64,000 nt of DNA, taken from Nanobdellota archaeon (lineage in GTDB: Archaea > Aenigmatarchaeota > Aenigmatarchaeia > QMZP01). The DNA is taken from contig JAHIVW010000003.1 in NCBI GenBank assembly GCA_018816245.1, positions 389,150 to 453,149 on the forward strand, read 5' to 3'. Shown here one piece after another: positions 55,592 through 63,289 of the stretch (its first letter is position 1; each line of letters starts with the position of its first letter). The notes under the pieces were generated by a model, which searched no databases, was not told the DNA's origin, and was given only the letters and a program-made list of their open reading frames with translations. Both the position numbers and the translations under genes were made by a program.

Positions 55592-56846
55592 CGTCCAAGA
55601 AATGGGAGCTGCAGGAGAAACACGGATCATACGCGCGGATCAGTTTCTCGATACTGTCAATAATCTCTTGCTGTGATTGGGTGAGGATGCGTGGCAGGAA
55701 GGCGCGGATATCTTCCTGCATTGACCGGAGGTTCTGTGCAGTGGGTGTTATAATATTACAATAGACAATCTTCCTGTCTTTGACAAGGTACTCGTGCCAG
55801 AGTGTTCCGCGAGGAGCTTCAATAGCAGCAATGCCATGGCCACTCTTCAGGTCCGCGCGCCGCGGCGGTTCTGGTTTCAGCTCAAGGGTTTCCAGGATCG
55901 AGATGCAGGTTTCAATGGCATGGAGGAGTTCAACGGCCTGCGCATAGTTGGTGTGGAACGGGTTCTGGCTGGGAAACCAGGTTGCTGCTGCACGTTTTGC
56001 AGCCGGTGCCAGCAAGTCCTTGCTGGTGTTGACGCGCGCGAGGGCGCCGACGCGGTATTCCTTGCCTGCTTTGACCACAAAATTTGCGGTGCTGTCGCGC
56101 TCGTGATATTCCTTGAGATAGTCATGATATTTCCTAATCGGATAATCCTTCTTCCCGGTCCGGATAACGCCGGTTAACATGGCGTATTCCTTTTCATGAT
56201 ACACAGAGAAATTGGCAAGCTCGCGTTCAAACCGCGGGTACCGGAGCGAGGCAAACAAGGAAACGGTTTTCTGTGCGAGCGGTCGGCATGCTTTCAACTG
56301 TGCTGTAAGGTCGTCCAATTGTTCCTGTTTCGGAAGCGTGAGAAACCCCCCTATCTGCGCGGACACCGGATGCAAGTCACGGCCGCCAACCACGGACACC
56401 AACTGGTTGCCGATTTTCATTATCTGCAGTGCAGTCGTGATTTCTTTCTTGTACTTCGGGAGCATCGCAAGCGCTGACTCGTAGCCGAGAAAGTCAGGAA
56501 GCGACAGGAAATACAAATGGGTTGCATGGCTGCGGATGCGCTCGCCCCAGTTTAACAATTTGCGTAATGTCATGGTTTGCTCGGACACCTGCACGTGCAA
56601 CGCGTTTTCCATGGCAAACGCGGACGCAAGCGTGTGCGCACAGCTGCAAATCCCACAGATCCGTGATGTGAGTTCCGGTGCTTCATGGAACTGCCTGCCG
56701 CGAACAATCCCCTCGAAATACCGGCTCCCTTCAGTTGAACCAAGATCGCAGCGCTCCACTTTTCCGTTTCGAATCTTCACCGTGAGCGAGGCGTGCCCCT
56801 CAATCTTTGTCAGATGATCAAGCTTTATTGTTTTTGTCATACACAA
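55578..56846 (-). CDS. hydA: Group 3b NiFe hydrogenase large (alpha) subunit
   Basis: The N-terminal RICGICSCAH and C-terminal DPCFSCSSH Ni-Fe ligand motifs are present. A short C-terminal extension (FLDVTWV) is available for proteolytic maturation. Confidence 0.92.
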   Translation of the reverse strand: MCMTKTIKLDHLTKIEGHASLTVKIRNGKVERCDLGSTEGSRYFEGIVRGRQFHEAPELTSRICGICSCAHTLASAFAMENALHVQVSEQTMTLRKLLNWGERIRSHATHLYFLSLPDFLGYESALAMLPKYKKEITTALQIMKIGNQLVSVVGGRDLHPVSAQIGGFLTLPKQEQLDDLTAQLKACRPLAQKTVSLFASLRYPRFERELANFSVYHEKEYAMLTGVIRTGKKDYPIRKYHDYLKEYHERDSTANFVVKAGKEYRVGALARVNTSKDLLAPAAKRAAATWFPSQNPFHTNYAQAVELLHAIETCISILETLELKPEPPRRADLKSGHGIAAIEAPRGTLWHEYLVKDRKIVYCNIITPTAQNLRSMQEDIRAFLPRILTQSQQEIIDSIEKLIRAYDPCFSCSSHFLDVTWV

Positions 56847-57591
56847 GCTTCCGGACTGCCGGCATCTTGGTGCCAGCGAATGTTACCAACCGGTCCTTGA
56901 TGAATTTTAGACCATGTCCTTGCTTCCGCAGGATAGTGACCATGACCGGGAGGTTCGCGTCGTCAGTTGGCCCGCGGCAGCCCCAGCATTCCAGACCGCC
57001 GTTGATGCAGATCGCGTTACAACCACCGCGCGTGATCGGACCCAGGCACGGCTTCTTCACCTCAAGTAAACAACCGTTGTTGTGCAACTTGCATTCAGTG
57101 CACACAGGATTGTCGTATGATTTTGGGATGTTGCCAAGAACGACGGTCTTGAGGAATGTTCTGATTTCCTGTTTGCTTGGTGGGCAACCGGGAATAACAT
57201 AATCAACCTGCACAAATGAGTCAATCGGACTCGGTTGCACGTCACTGATGTTCTTGTTTTTTTCGTACAACAAGTGCGCATAATTTTTCTGCAACGTAAA
57301 GTGACGGTACGCAGGAACGCAGCCGGTGTGTGCGCACGCGCCCAACGCAATCAGGATCTTCGTGTTCTTCCTGATTTTCAGCAACCGCTCCTTGTCTTCA
57401 TTAGTCGCAACCAACCCTTCCATGAAAACATAATCAAATGTTTCGTCATCATTCACATCTTTAATGAACGGCCACGCACGGATCTCGACGAGTTCCAACA
57501 AGTCGAGCAAGTCGTCTTCCTGGAAGATCACACTCAGCTGACAGCCAGCGCAGCCGGTGATCCCGTAAAAGCCAACTTTGAGTTTAGTCAT
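56818..57591 (-). CDS. hydD: Group 3b NiFe hydrogenase small (delta) subunit
   Basis: GCAGCQ is the proximal-cluster motif. Further Cys clusters are GACAHTGC, PGCPP and CTECK...CLGPITRGGCNAIC. The start at 57591 is preferred to 57615. Confidence 0.85.
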   Translation of the reverse strand: MTKLKVGFYGITGCAGCQLSVIFQEDDLLDLLELVEIRAWPFIKDVNDDETFDYVFMEGLVATNEDKERLLKIRKNTKILIALGACAHTGCVPAYRHFTLQKNYAHLLYEKNKNISDVQPSPIDSFVQVDYVIPGCPPSKQEIRTFLKTVVLGNIPKSYDNPVCTECKLHNNGCLLEVKKPCLGPITRGGCNAICINGGLECWGCRGPTDDANLPVMVTILRKQGHGLKFIKDRLVTFAGTKMPAVRKLVYDKNNKA

Positions 57592-58381
57592 TCTTGAAAT
57601 ACCCAATCTCATCAAACCGGAAGACAGGACCGTCCTTGCACGTGAACTTCCCCCGGATCATGCAGTGGCAGCACATCCCGATACCGCAATACATTAACCG
57701 TTCTGTTGAGAGATACAATTGCTCGTCAGTAAATCCTTTCTTTTTCAGGATGGCAACGGTGTCGTTGATCATGCGCGGCGGTCCGCAGATGAACACGCCG
57801 GTGTTCTTGGTCCGCAGTTTCAGTCCTTCAATCACTTCAGTGATGTGTCCTGAGGTCCAGTCATGGCAGGTAGTTGACTTCTCCTTGCTCAGTGCTGTCT
57901 TGAAGTTGAAGACTTCCTTCCATTGCACTGCTTCTTTCTTGAAGATAATATCATTCACGTTCCGGTAGCCAAAAAACAGGAACACATCATTGTATTTGTG
58001 TCGGTGATGGATAATGTAATCGATCACGCCGCGAAGGGTCGCGACGCCACACCCAGCGCCGATCAAGATGATGTTCTTGCCTTCGTATTCCTTCAATGGG
58101 TAACCTTTTCCGTACGGGCCACGGATATAGAGCGTGTCACCTTTCTTCAGGTTGGCGAGCGCATTTGTGACGGTCCCTGCCTGCCGGATGGTGAATTGCA
58201 CGGTCTTTGTGGTATACGATGCCACTGAAATTGGCGCTTCACCGTACCCCAACACCGAAAGCTGGTAGAACTGTCCCGGGACACACGTGCCGACCTTGGG
58301 AAGCGTCAGACTGACGATGTCCGGTGTTTCTCGGAACCGGTGCAACACCTTCACTTTTCGGGGGACAAGAGTTTGGATCAT
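57584..58381 (-). CDS. hydG: Sulfhydrogenase gamma subunit (FAD/NAD(P)-binding, 2Fe-2S; PyrK-like)
   Basis: The ferredoxin-reductase-type fold motifs RGPYG and GAGCGVATL are present. The C-terminal CGIGMCCHC...C is the 2Fe-2S motif. Confidence 0.85.
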   Translation of the reverse strand: MIQTLVPRKVKVLHRFRETPDIVSLTLPKVGTCVPGQFYQLSVLGYGEAPISVASYTTKTVQFTIRQAGTVTNALANLKKGDTLYIRGPYGKGYPLKEYEGKNIILIGAGCGVATLRGVIDYIIHHRHKYNDVFLFFGYRNVNDIIFKKEAVQWKEVFNFKTALSKEKSTTCHDWTSGHITEVIEGLKLRTKNTGVFICGPPRMINDTVAILKKKGFTDEQLYLSTERLMYCGIGMCCHCMIRGKFTCKDGPVFRFDEIGYFKND

Positions 58382-59331
58382 GTGATCTTGTTTGCAATCG
58401 ACACCCAGTCAATGCGCGTTGGACAGGCAGCAATGCAGCGGCCGCAGCCGGTGCAGAGATCAAATCCGTGCTGTTCTCGGAAGTATTGGATCTGGTGGTA
58501 AATGCGATGTTTGAAGCGATGCTCTCGCTGCTCCCGGAATACATGGTTGCCTGCAATGCGCGTGAACGCCTTGACCTGGCAGGAACTCCAGATGCGACAG
58601 CGCGTTCCGTGTTTGAGGGTGTCGAGCTCGTCATGCAATTCATAACAGTAACAAGTCGGACACATCGCCGTGCATGCAGTACAACTGAGACACTTGTTCA
58701 CACCTGCAGTCCAGGCGTGGTGATCATAGATTGCATTGAAGTCACGCTTTCGCAGCTTTCGGGTTTTGATGTGTTTGTCTGCATCCGTGATCCGCTTGTT
58801 CGCTTTCTTGAAGAACCGTCGGTATTTTTTTATTAGCGCAGCGCCTTTTACACTGGTCACCTCAACGAGGAACTGTGTTTTCTGTTCGTAGAACATGAGA
58901 TCCTGATACTCCTCCAATCCCATGCCGTCGCAGAAGCAGTACTTGTTCGGCGGTGTCGCACAGTGATATCCGATCAGGATCGTGTTGGCGCGCTGCGCCT
59001 TGTACCAAGGATCCTTGTACTGTTTCTGGAAGATGCTGTCCTGGTGTTTGAGGGCTGTCAGGTCGCAGCGGCGAACCCCGAAGAATATCTTTTTCGATGA
59101 TGTGGGTCTGACGGTGATGAGTTTTTGTCCATCAAACCGGAGGATGGTTTCCCGTTTCCTGAAGAAGTGTTCCTTGATCGGGAAGTACGCGTTGTCCGAG
59201 AAGTCAATGGTACCGTTGTACGGTTCAAAGCGGATCGCATCGCGTTTCACTGGCACGTACACGGGCGAGCGCTTCGAGAGCACTGCAAGAAACAGATGCA
59301 GCTGGCTTCGTGGAAGCGTGTACACACCCAT
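58378..59331 (-). CDS. hydB: Sulfhydrogenase beta subunit (4Fe-4S)
   Basis: CLSCTACTAMCPTCYC and CTGCGRCIAACP are ferredoxin-type motifs. It is the first gene of the B-G-D-A order known from Pyrococcus sulfhydrogenase. Confidence 0.85.
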   Translation of the reverse strand: MGVYTLPRSQLHLFLAVLSKRSPVYVPVKRDAIRFEPYNGTIDFSDNAYFPIKEHFFRKRETILRFDGQKLITVRPTSSKKIFFGVRRCDLTALKHQDSIFQKQYKDPWYKAQRANTILIGYHCATPPNKYCFCDGMGLEEYQDLMFYEQKTQFLVEVTSVKGAALIKKYRRFFKKANKRITDADKHIKTRKLRKRDFNAIYDHHAWTAGVNKCLSCTACTAMCPTCYCYELHDELDTLKHGTRCRIWSSCQVKAFTRIAGNHVFREQREHRFKHRIYHQIQYFREQHGFDLCTGCGRCIAACPTRIDWVSIANKIT

Positions 59332-59355
59332 ATATCATTCACTTGGCTTCGGTGC

Positions 59356-60693
59356 TTATATCCAGTACAGCATCGCGAGTGACGCGAGGACGAACAGGCT
59401 GATGGTTGCAAGAATGGCACCGGCCTTCGCCATGTCTTTCACGCGGATGTAGCCGGATGAATAGGCAATCGCCGACGGCGGGGTGCCAACCGGAACAATG
59501 AAGTCAAGTGACACGCCGATGGCAGCGAGCATAACGACAGTCGTCACGTCCAGACCGGTCGCGTGGGCAAGCGGGATCATGAGCGGGATCATCACCGCTG
59601 CTGCGGCTGTGTTGCTGGCAACAACTGTCAAGAGGATGGCAAAGAATCCAATCCCGACAAAGGCGAGGAAGAGCGGCTGGTTCGCGATGACGAGTTCCAG
59701 GAAGGAGGCAATGAATGCATCGAGTCCTGATGCCTGGATGGCTAATCCGAGTGAGAGGCCACCGCCAATCAGGATCAAGGTCGGCCAGTGGATCTTGGTG
59801 AAGTCCTCAGTGTTGAGCAGACCGAACACATACAACAGAATGATCGGAACAAGCGACACCGTGCTGCTGGCCATGCCATGCACGCGCGTGGTCAGCCACA
59901 ATGCAACCGTGACCGCGAAGATGAGGAGCACTTGTTTCTGTGGTTTGCTGAGCCCGCGCTTGAAGCGGATGGTTTTGAGTGTTTTGATTTCAGACCGGAA
60001 TATTCGCGTCACCACCACCCAGGCAACCGGAATAAACACAATCACAAACGGGAGACCGTACCACATCCAGTCAAGGAAGTCAAACGCAATCCCTGCTTCG
60101 TTCAGGAATTTCGCAGCAATGACATTCGGGGTGCTGCCGATCAAGGTCCCGATGCCGCCGATGGTTGCGGCAAACGCAATACCAAGTACCAACGCCTTGC
60201 CGTAATTAGATTTCAACGGCTTGATCTTGTTTTTCGTTAACACAACCAACCCGATTGGTAACAGGATTGCGGTTGCTGCAGTGTTGCTCATCCACATGGA
60301 AAGGAACGCGGCGATCACCATCATAGCGAACAGGAAGGTGTTCGGAGCGTGCCCGATCTTATCAAGGAAGGTGTACGCAATGTATTCGTCGAGTTTGTGC
60401 TTTTGGAGCGCTCGTGCGAGGACGAAACCGCCGAGCAACAGGACAATGACCGGATCGAAGAACGGGGTGAAGGTTTCCTCGGGCGTCATGCCTGCAATCG
60501 TGATCAAGAGGAACGCGATGACAATGGCTGTTGCATGGAGCGGCAGGGCCTCGGTGAACCAGAGGAACATGGCAACGATCATGATTGCCAGGACGAGTTG
60601 CGCCTGCGGTTGGAGGGGAAGCGGCGCGAGCGCAATGATGATCCCGACGATCGCGGAGAGGAGAATGAAGAGGTGCTGGCGGGTCATTTGCAA
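59356..60693 (-). CDS. DASS/SLC13-family anion:sodium symporter
   Basis: A 445-aa polytopic protein. Duplicated SNTA(A/T)A hairpin motifs are present (MSNTAATAILLPI and ASNTAAAAVMIPL). Confidence 0.85.
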   Translation of the reverse strand: MQMTRQHLFILLSAIVGIIIALAPLPLQPQAQLVLAIMIVAMFLWFTEALPLHATAIVIAFLLITIAGMTPEETFTPFFDPVIVLLLGGFVLARALQKHKLDEYIAYTFLDKIGHAPNTFLFAMMVIAAFLSMWMSNTAATAILLPIGLVVLTKNKIKPLKSNYGKALVLGIAFAATIGGIGTLIGSTPNVIAAKFLNEAGIAFDFLDWMWYGLPFVIVFIPVAWVVVTRIFRSEIKTLKTIRFKRGLSKPQKQVLLIFAVTVALWLTTRVHGMASSTVSLVPIILLYVFGLLNTEDFTKIHWPTLILIGGGLSLGLAIQASGLDAFIASFLELVIANQPLFLAFVGIGFFAILLTVVASNTAAAAVMIPLMIPLAHATGLDVTTVVMLAAIGVSLDFIVPVGTPPSAIAYSSGYIRVKDMAKAGAILATISLFVLASLAMLYWI

Positions 60694-60720
60694 TACATTT
60701 GGTTCGGGGGGAGCATAAAG

Positions 60721-60747
60721 GTCATGTATAACAGTGTTATATATGAC
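60721..60747. promoter_or_regulatory. 27-bp near-perfect palindrome GTCATGTATAACAGTGTTATATATGAC, 28-54 nt upstream of the DASS transporter
   Basis: Seen in the DNA. The core is identical to the rtcB site. A long hairpin follows at 60752..60792 (ACGAACGG...CCGTTCGT). Confidence 0.5.
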
Positions 60748-60809
60748 AAAGACGAACGGCAGGAGTATGTTTGTCGGGTTCCTACCGTTCGTGGGTTCAG
60801 GGGAGATGC

Positions 60810-61079
60810 TTATACCTCGAGTGCAGTCCAGCCGTCGCGGGGTCGGGGAACTCCGCCGACAACGGAACCGCTACACTTGAAGATATGTGATCGCAGGCCG
60901 CTTCCGAGGCATGCTTCGCAGATCTTCTTCCCAGCGACCTTTTTCCCATTACAGATCGGACACTTTTCTCCTTCTTTGATATGGTGTCCGACCACCACGT
61001 CCTTCTTCACGGAAATCCCTCCCGTGCCAAAACCTGCATCTCCTAAAAATGTTCCCGCCGATGTGGAGATGCAAAACAT
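60810..61079 (-). CDS. Hypothetical small zinc-finger protein
   Basis: CPICNGKK....CEACLGSG resembles the DnaJ-type CxxCxGxG pair. The start is uncertain. Confidence 0.4.
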   Translation of the reverse strand: MFCISTSAGTFLGDAGFGTGGISVKKDVVVGHHIKEGEKCPICNGKKVAGKKICEACLGSGLRSHIFKCSGSVVGGVPRPRDGWTALEV

Positions 61080-61099
61080 CGGGACGGTTTACGATAATA

Positions 61100-61483
61100 C
61101 TAGCACCTTTTCGGACGTCGAGCTCCCGTGCACATAGAAAGGGTTCGAGTACCAGCGCACATAGAACTCTCGCCCTCCGGCGGCAGTTTTACACCACCGC
61201 CGATGCTAGGGAAGTGTGCCGTAACACGGCCCATCGGAACCGGTTCCCGCTCGGGCTCGATGATCAGCAGTTCCTCGAAGGCATGGAGAACCTCCGGAAA
61301 CAGGATAGGAGATACGCCACCACACTCCTCCAAGAGAAGCTTGAGAATGAGACGCGCGACGTTCTCGAGTCCTCTTGCTCCAGCTTCTCTGAAGATAGTG
61401 TCAGTGACTTCTTCCACCTTTTCGGGTGGTGTATCGTTGTCCGCCAAGACATATACGAGGGCGTGAATCTGTTCTCGTTGCAT
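61100..61483 (-). CDS. Hypothetical protein (127 aa)
   Basis: GGGGAGGGG lies about 10 nt upstream of the ATG at 61483; the ORF track gives 61540. No motif was recognised. Confidence 0.45.
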   Translation of the reverse strand: MQREQIHALVYVLADNDTPPEKVEEVTDTIFREAGARGLENVARLILKLLLEECGGVSPILFPEVLHAFEELLIIEPEREPVPMGRVTAHFPSIGGGVKLPPEGESSMCAGTRTLSMCTGARRPKRC

Positions 61484-61610
61484 ACGACTTTCCCCTCCCC
61501 AGTTTGTGAACCTTGAGGCAGTGGGGAGTTTCTGCCACAACTATACCGAAAAAACCTGGCGGCCCTCCCAGAAAGAGCCGCCAGGTTCAAACTAACGAAC
61601 ACCTTGTCTG

Positions 61611-61808
61611 TCAGCGTTCTCCAAGATCCCTGCTTGGTTGAGCAACTCGGAGTTCCTCAAGAAATCTTTTCACCGCCTCGCGGCGCCTCGGAAGGGCGCT
61701 CTGCCGAAGCAGCACCAATCGCATGGCCCACGGATCGGAGTTGAATTCTCTAACCGGATCCCCGAAGTTCTCGAGAAGTCTGTTCTCGGGCCCCTGGTGC
61801 ATTTTCAC
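61611..61808 (-). CDS. Hypothetical small protein (65 aa)
   Basis: It overlaps the upstream membrane-protein gene by 4 nt. Confidence 0.4.
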   Translation of the reverse strand: MKMHQGPENRLLENFGDPVREFNSDPWAMRLVLLRQSALPRRREAVKRFLEELRVAQPSRDLGER

Positions 61809-62203
61809 GTCATGTTCTCCTTTCTCAGGGGGTCTGTCTTGTGACCAGATCCGATTGTCCAGCCATGGCGAATTAGTTGCAGGACAGGGATCCCTGCAAC
61901 GATGATCATGAAGAGCAGCACCAGAAACTGACCTCCCGTCGTTTCTAGGATCTTCGAAGCTTGTGCCAGGAATGCGAAGGCCCCGAAGATCAAGCTGCTT
62001 CCCAAGAGTCTCTGCTGCTTCAGGTAGGTGAGCGCACCCACGAGCAGCAGAACTACAAACCCGAGTGCAGGTCCGATTCTCATCATCACCTGCGACGGCG
62101 ATCCATCACCATAATCCCCAAAAGGAAAGGTGAAGAGGTAGATGCCGAAGTAGATCACTGTACAGGCAGCGATCAAGATCTGGAGCGTCTTCTGATCTCG
62201 CAT
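61805..62203 (-). CDS. Hypothetical 4-TM membrane protein (132 aa)
   Basis: Four hydrophobic helices are predicted. Its start overlaps the upstream stop by 1 nt (TGATG). Confidence 0.55.
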   Translation of the reverse strand: MRDQKTLQILIAACTVIYFGIYLFTFPFGDYGDGSPSQVMMRIGPALGFVVLLLVGALTYLKQQRLLGSSLIFGAFAFLAQASKILETTGGQFLVLLFMIIVAGIPVLQLIRHGWTIGSGHKTDPLRKENMT

Positions 62204-62640
62204 CAGAATGTGTCCCTGAGAATGGAGGGAAGAACCATGATCTTGGTTCTCAGGGTGTGTGCCGCAAGGGGAATCATCCCGAGAACTTCTTCAGGATCCG
62301 TAGAGAGTTCGGCGAAACGCCGTATCCCCTCCTCACGGCTTACCCCCTCAAGTTCGAGATGTGTGTAGGCATCCGCCAACACCCACTTCATCATCCCGAA
62401 CTGCACACCGCGGTCCCCCTCATTTGGATCGGGGTCAACGAGATCGAACGTCTCGGGACCCAAGAATGTGAACACCGGCGCGAGCGCACCAGCGATCCAG
62501 TTCTTGACATTCGTTTCCTCACCGTGTTCGAAAACGGGGATTTCGTCCCAAACAACGGACAGGAACGCCAGAACTGTGGCGAACAGCTCTGGTCGTGTTG
62601 TCAGGGGTTCCAGGCTTTCCCTGGAGATTTGAACATTCAT
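62203..62640 (-). CDS. Hypothetical protein (146 aa), possible paralog of 44832..45284
   Basis: GGGAGGG lies 3-5 nt upstream of the ATG at 62640; the ORF track gives 62688. It is the first gene of the cluster. Confidence 0.55.
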   Translation of the reverse strand: MNVQISRESLEPLTTRPELFATVLAFLSVVWDEIPVFEHGEETNVKNWIAGALAPVFTFLGPETFDLVDPDPNEGDRGVQFGMMKWVLADAYTHLELEGVSREEGIRRFAELSTDPEEVLGMIPLAAHTLRTKIMVLPSILRDTF

Positions 62641-62714
62641 GTACCCTCCCACATTGCCATTGAGCCAACGGCTCGGAAAAAGAAACACCAGCAGGCAGAC
62701 GAGGAAGGGCGGCT

Positions 62715-62765
62715 GTCTCCAGTCGCTTCTCCCTCAGAATCTTCGGTTTGGTTTTGCCTGCCCAC
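62715..62765 (-). promoter_or_regulatory. Conserved leader element, copy B (plus strand: GTCTCCAGTCGCTTCTCCCTCAGAATCTTCGGTTTGGTTTTGCCTGCCCAC)
   Basis: It has the same ordered blocks as 45511..45560. It lies 89 nt upstream of the first ATG of the cluster. Confidence 0.45.
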
Positions 62766-62987
62766 TGGTGCGTTGAAGAAACCCCAGACGGCTAACACTG
62801 CTTTGGGATCCGGGAAAAAGGGAGCGCAGTATCAGCCGCCCGGGGAGAACAGCTAACGTTCGTCTTGCAGCCCATCAGGAACCATTCCTGGTGATGACCG
62901 CAAGTGCCTTTTCTGCGAAGTGTCCGCTGTCCTTTCTATCTGGTCGCGGGTAGTGCTTACCGGTTTGGCGAATTGGAGGGGAGAAAA

Positions 62988-63272
62988 ATGGAGAACCATT
63001 TTCCTGATGAGCACCACCCGCGGTATTGTCTGGACGTGGACCCCCACTCCGGCAAGGAGTCGGTCAAGAAGGAGAAGAGACCGCTAACGGGGGTCCACGA
63101 TGTCTTTCGTTTGTCTTTCCTCACCCCACAAGAGCGCTCCCGCTGGCATAGGCGAACGCTGTTTTTAAGGGGAGCGTTCTGGTTTGCTGCGATCCGGATG
63201 GAGCGCGAAGCGGTTTTGGAGGTGATAAGAATACTAAGAAAGGAGCCGGAGCTTTATAAAGGTTCTTTTTGA
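62988..63272 (+). CDS. Questionable 94-aa ORF (alternatively part of a long minus-strand leader or ncRNA)
   Basis: GGAGGGG lies 8 nt upstream of the ATG. However, the product is Arg-rich. The DNA contains several perfect or near-perfect 10-bp inverted repeats. Confidence 0.3.
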   Translation: MENHFPDEHHPRYCLDVDPHSGKESVKKEKRPLTGVHDVFRLSFLTPQERSRWHRRTLFLRGAFWFAAIRMEREAVLEVIRILRKEPELYKGSF

Positions 63273-63289
63273 CTACGAGAAAAAGACAA

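Noticed and set aside
173-60205. Many long ORFs antisense to or overlapping confident genes. Examples are 173..769(-), 2198..2875(-), 12042..12656(+), 12795..13574(+), 13611..14324(+), 30134..30991(+), 33954..34733(+), 42776..43999(+), 53510..54175(+), 59483..60205(+) and 60349..61137(+).
   Set aside because: They lie opposite genes with clear family motifs. Their products have the Arg/Leu/Ser/Pro-rich composition typical of shadow frames in GC-moderate DNA. I recognised no motifs in them.
62641-63289. Possibility that the long non-coding stretch is RNase P RNA or SRP RNA. A GAGGAAAG octamer resembles the start of RNase P CR-I.
   Set aside because: The remainder of CR-I (UCC) and the other conserved regions (GGGUGAAA-type, ACAGAA..GGCUUA) are absent. 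The SRP helix-8 motifs are also absent on both strands.
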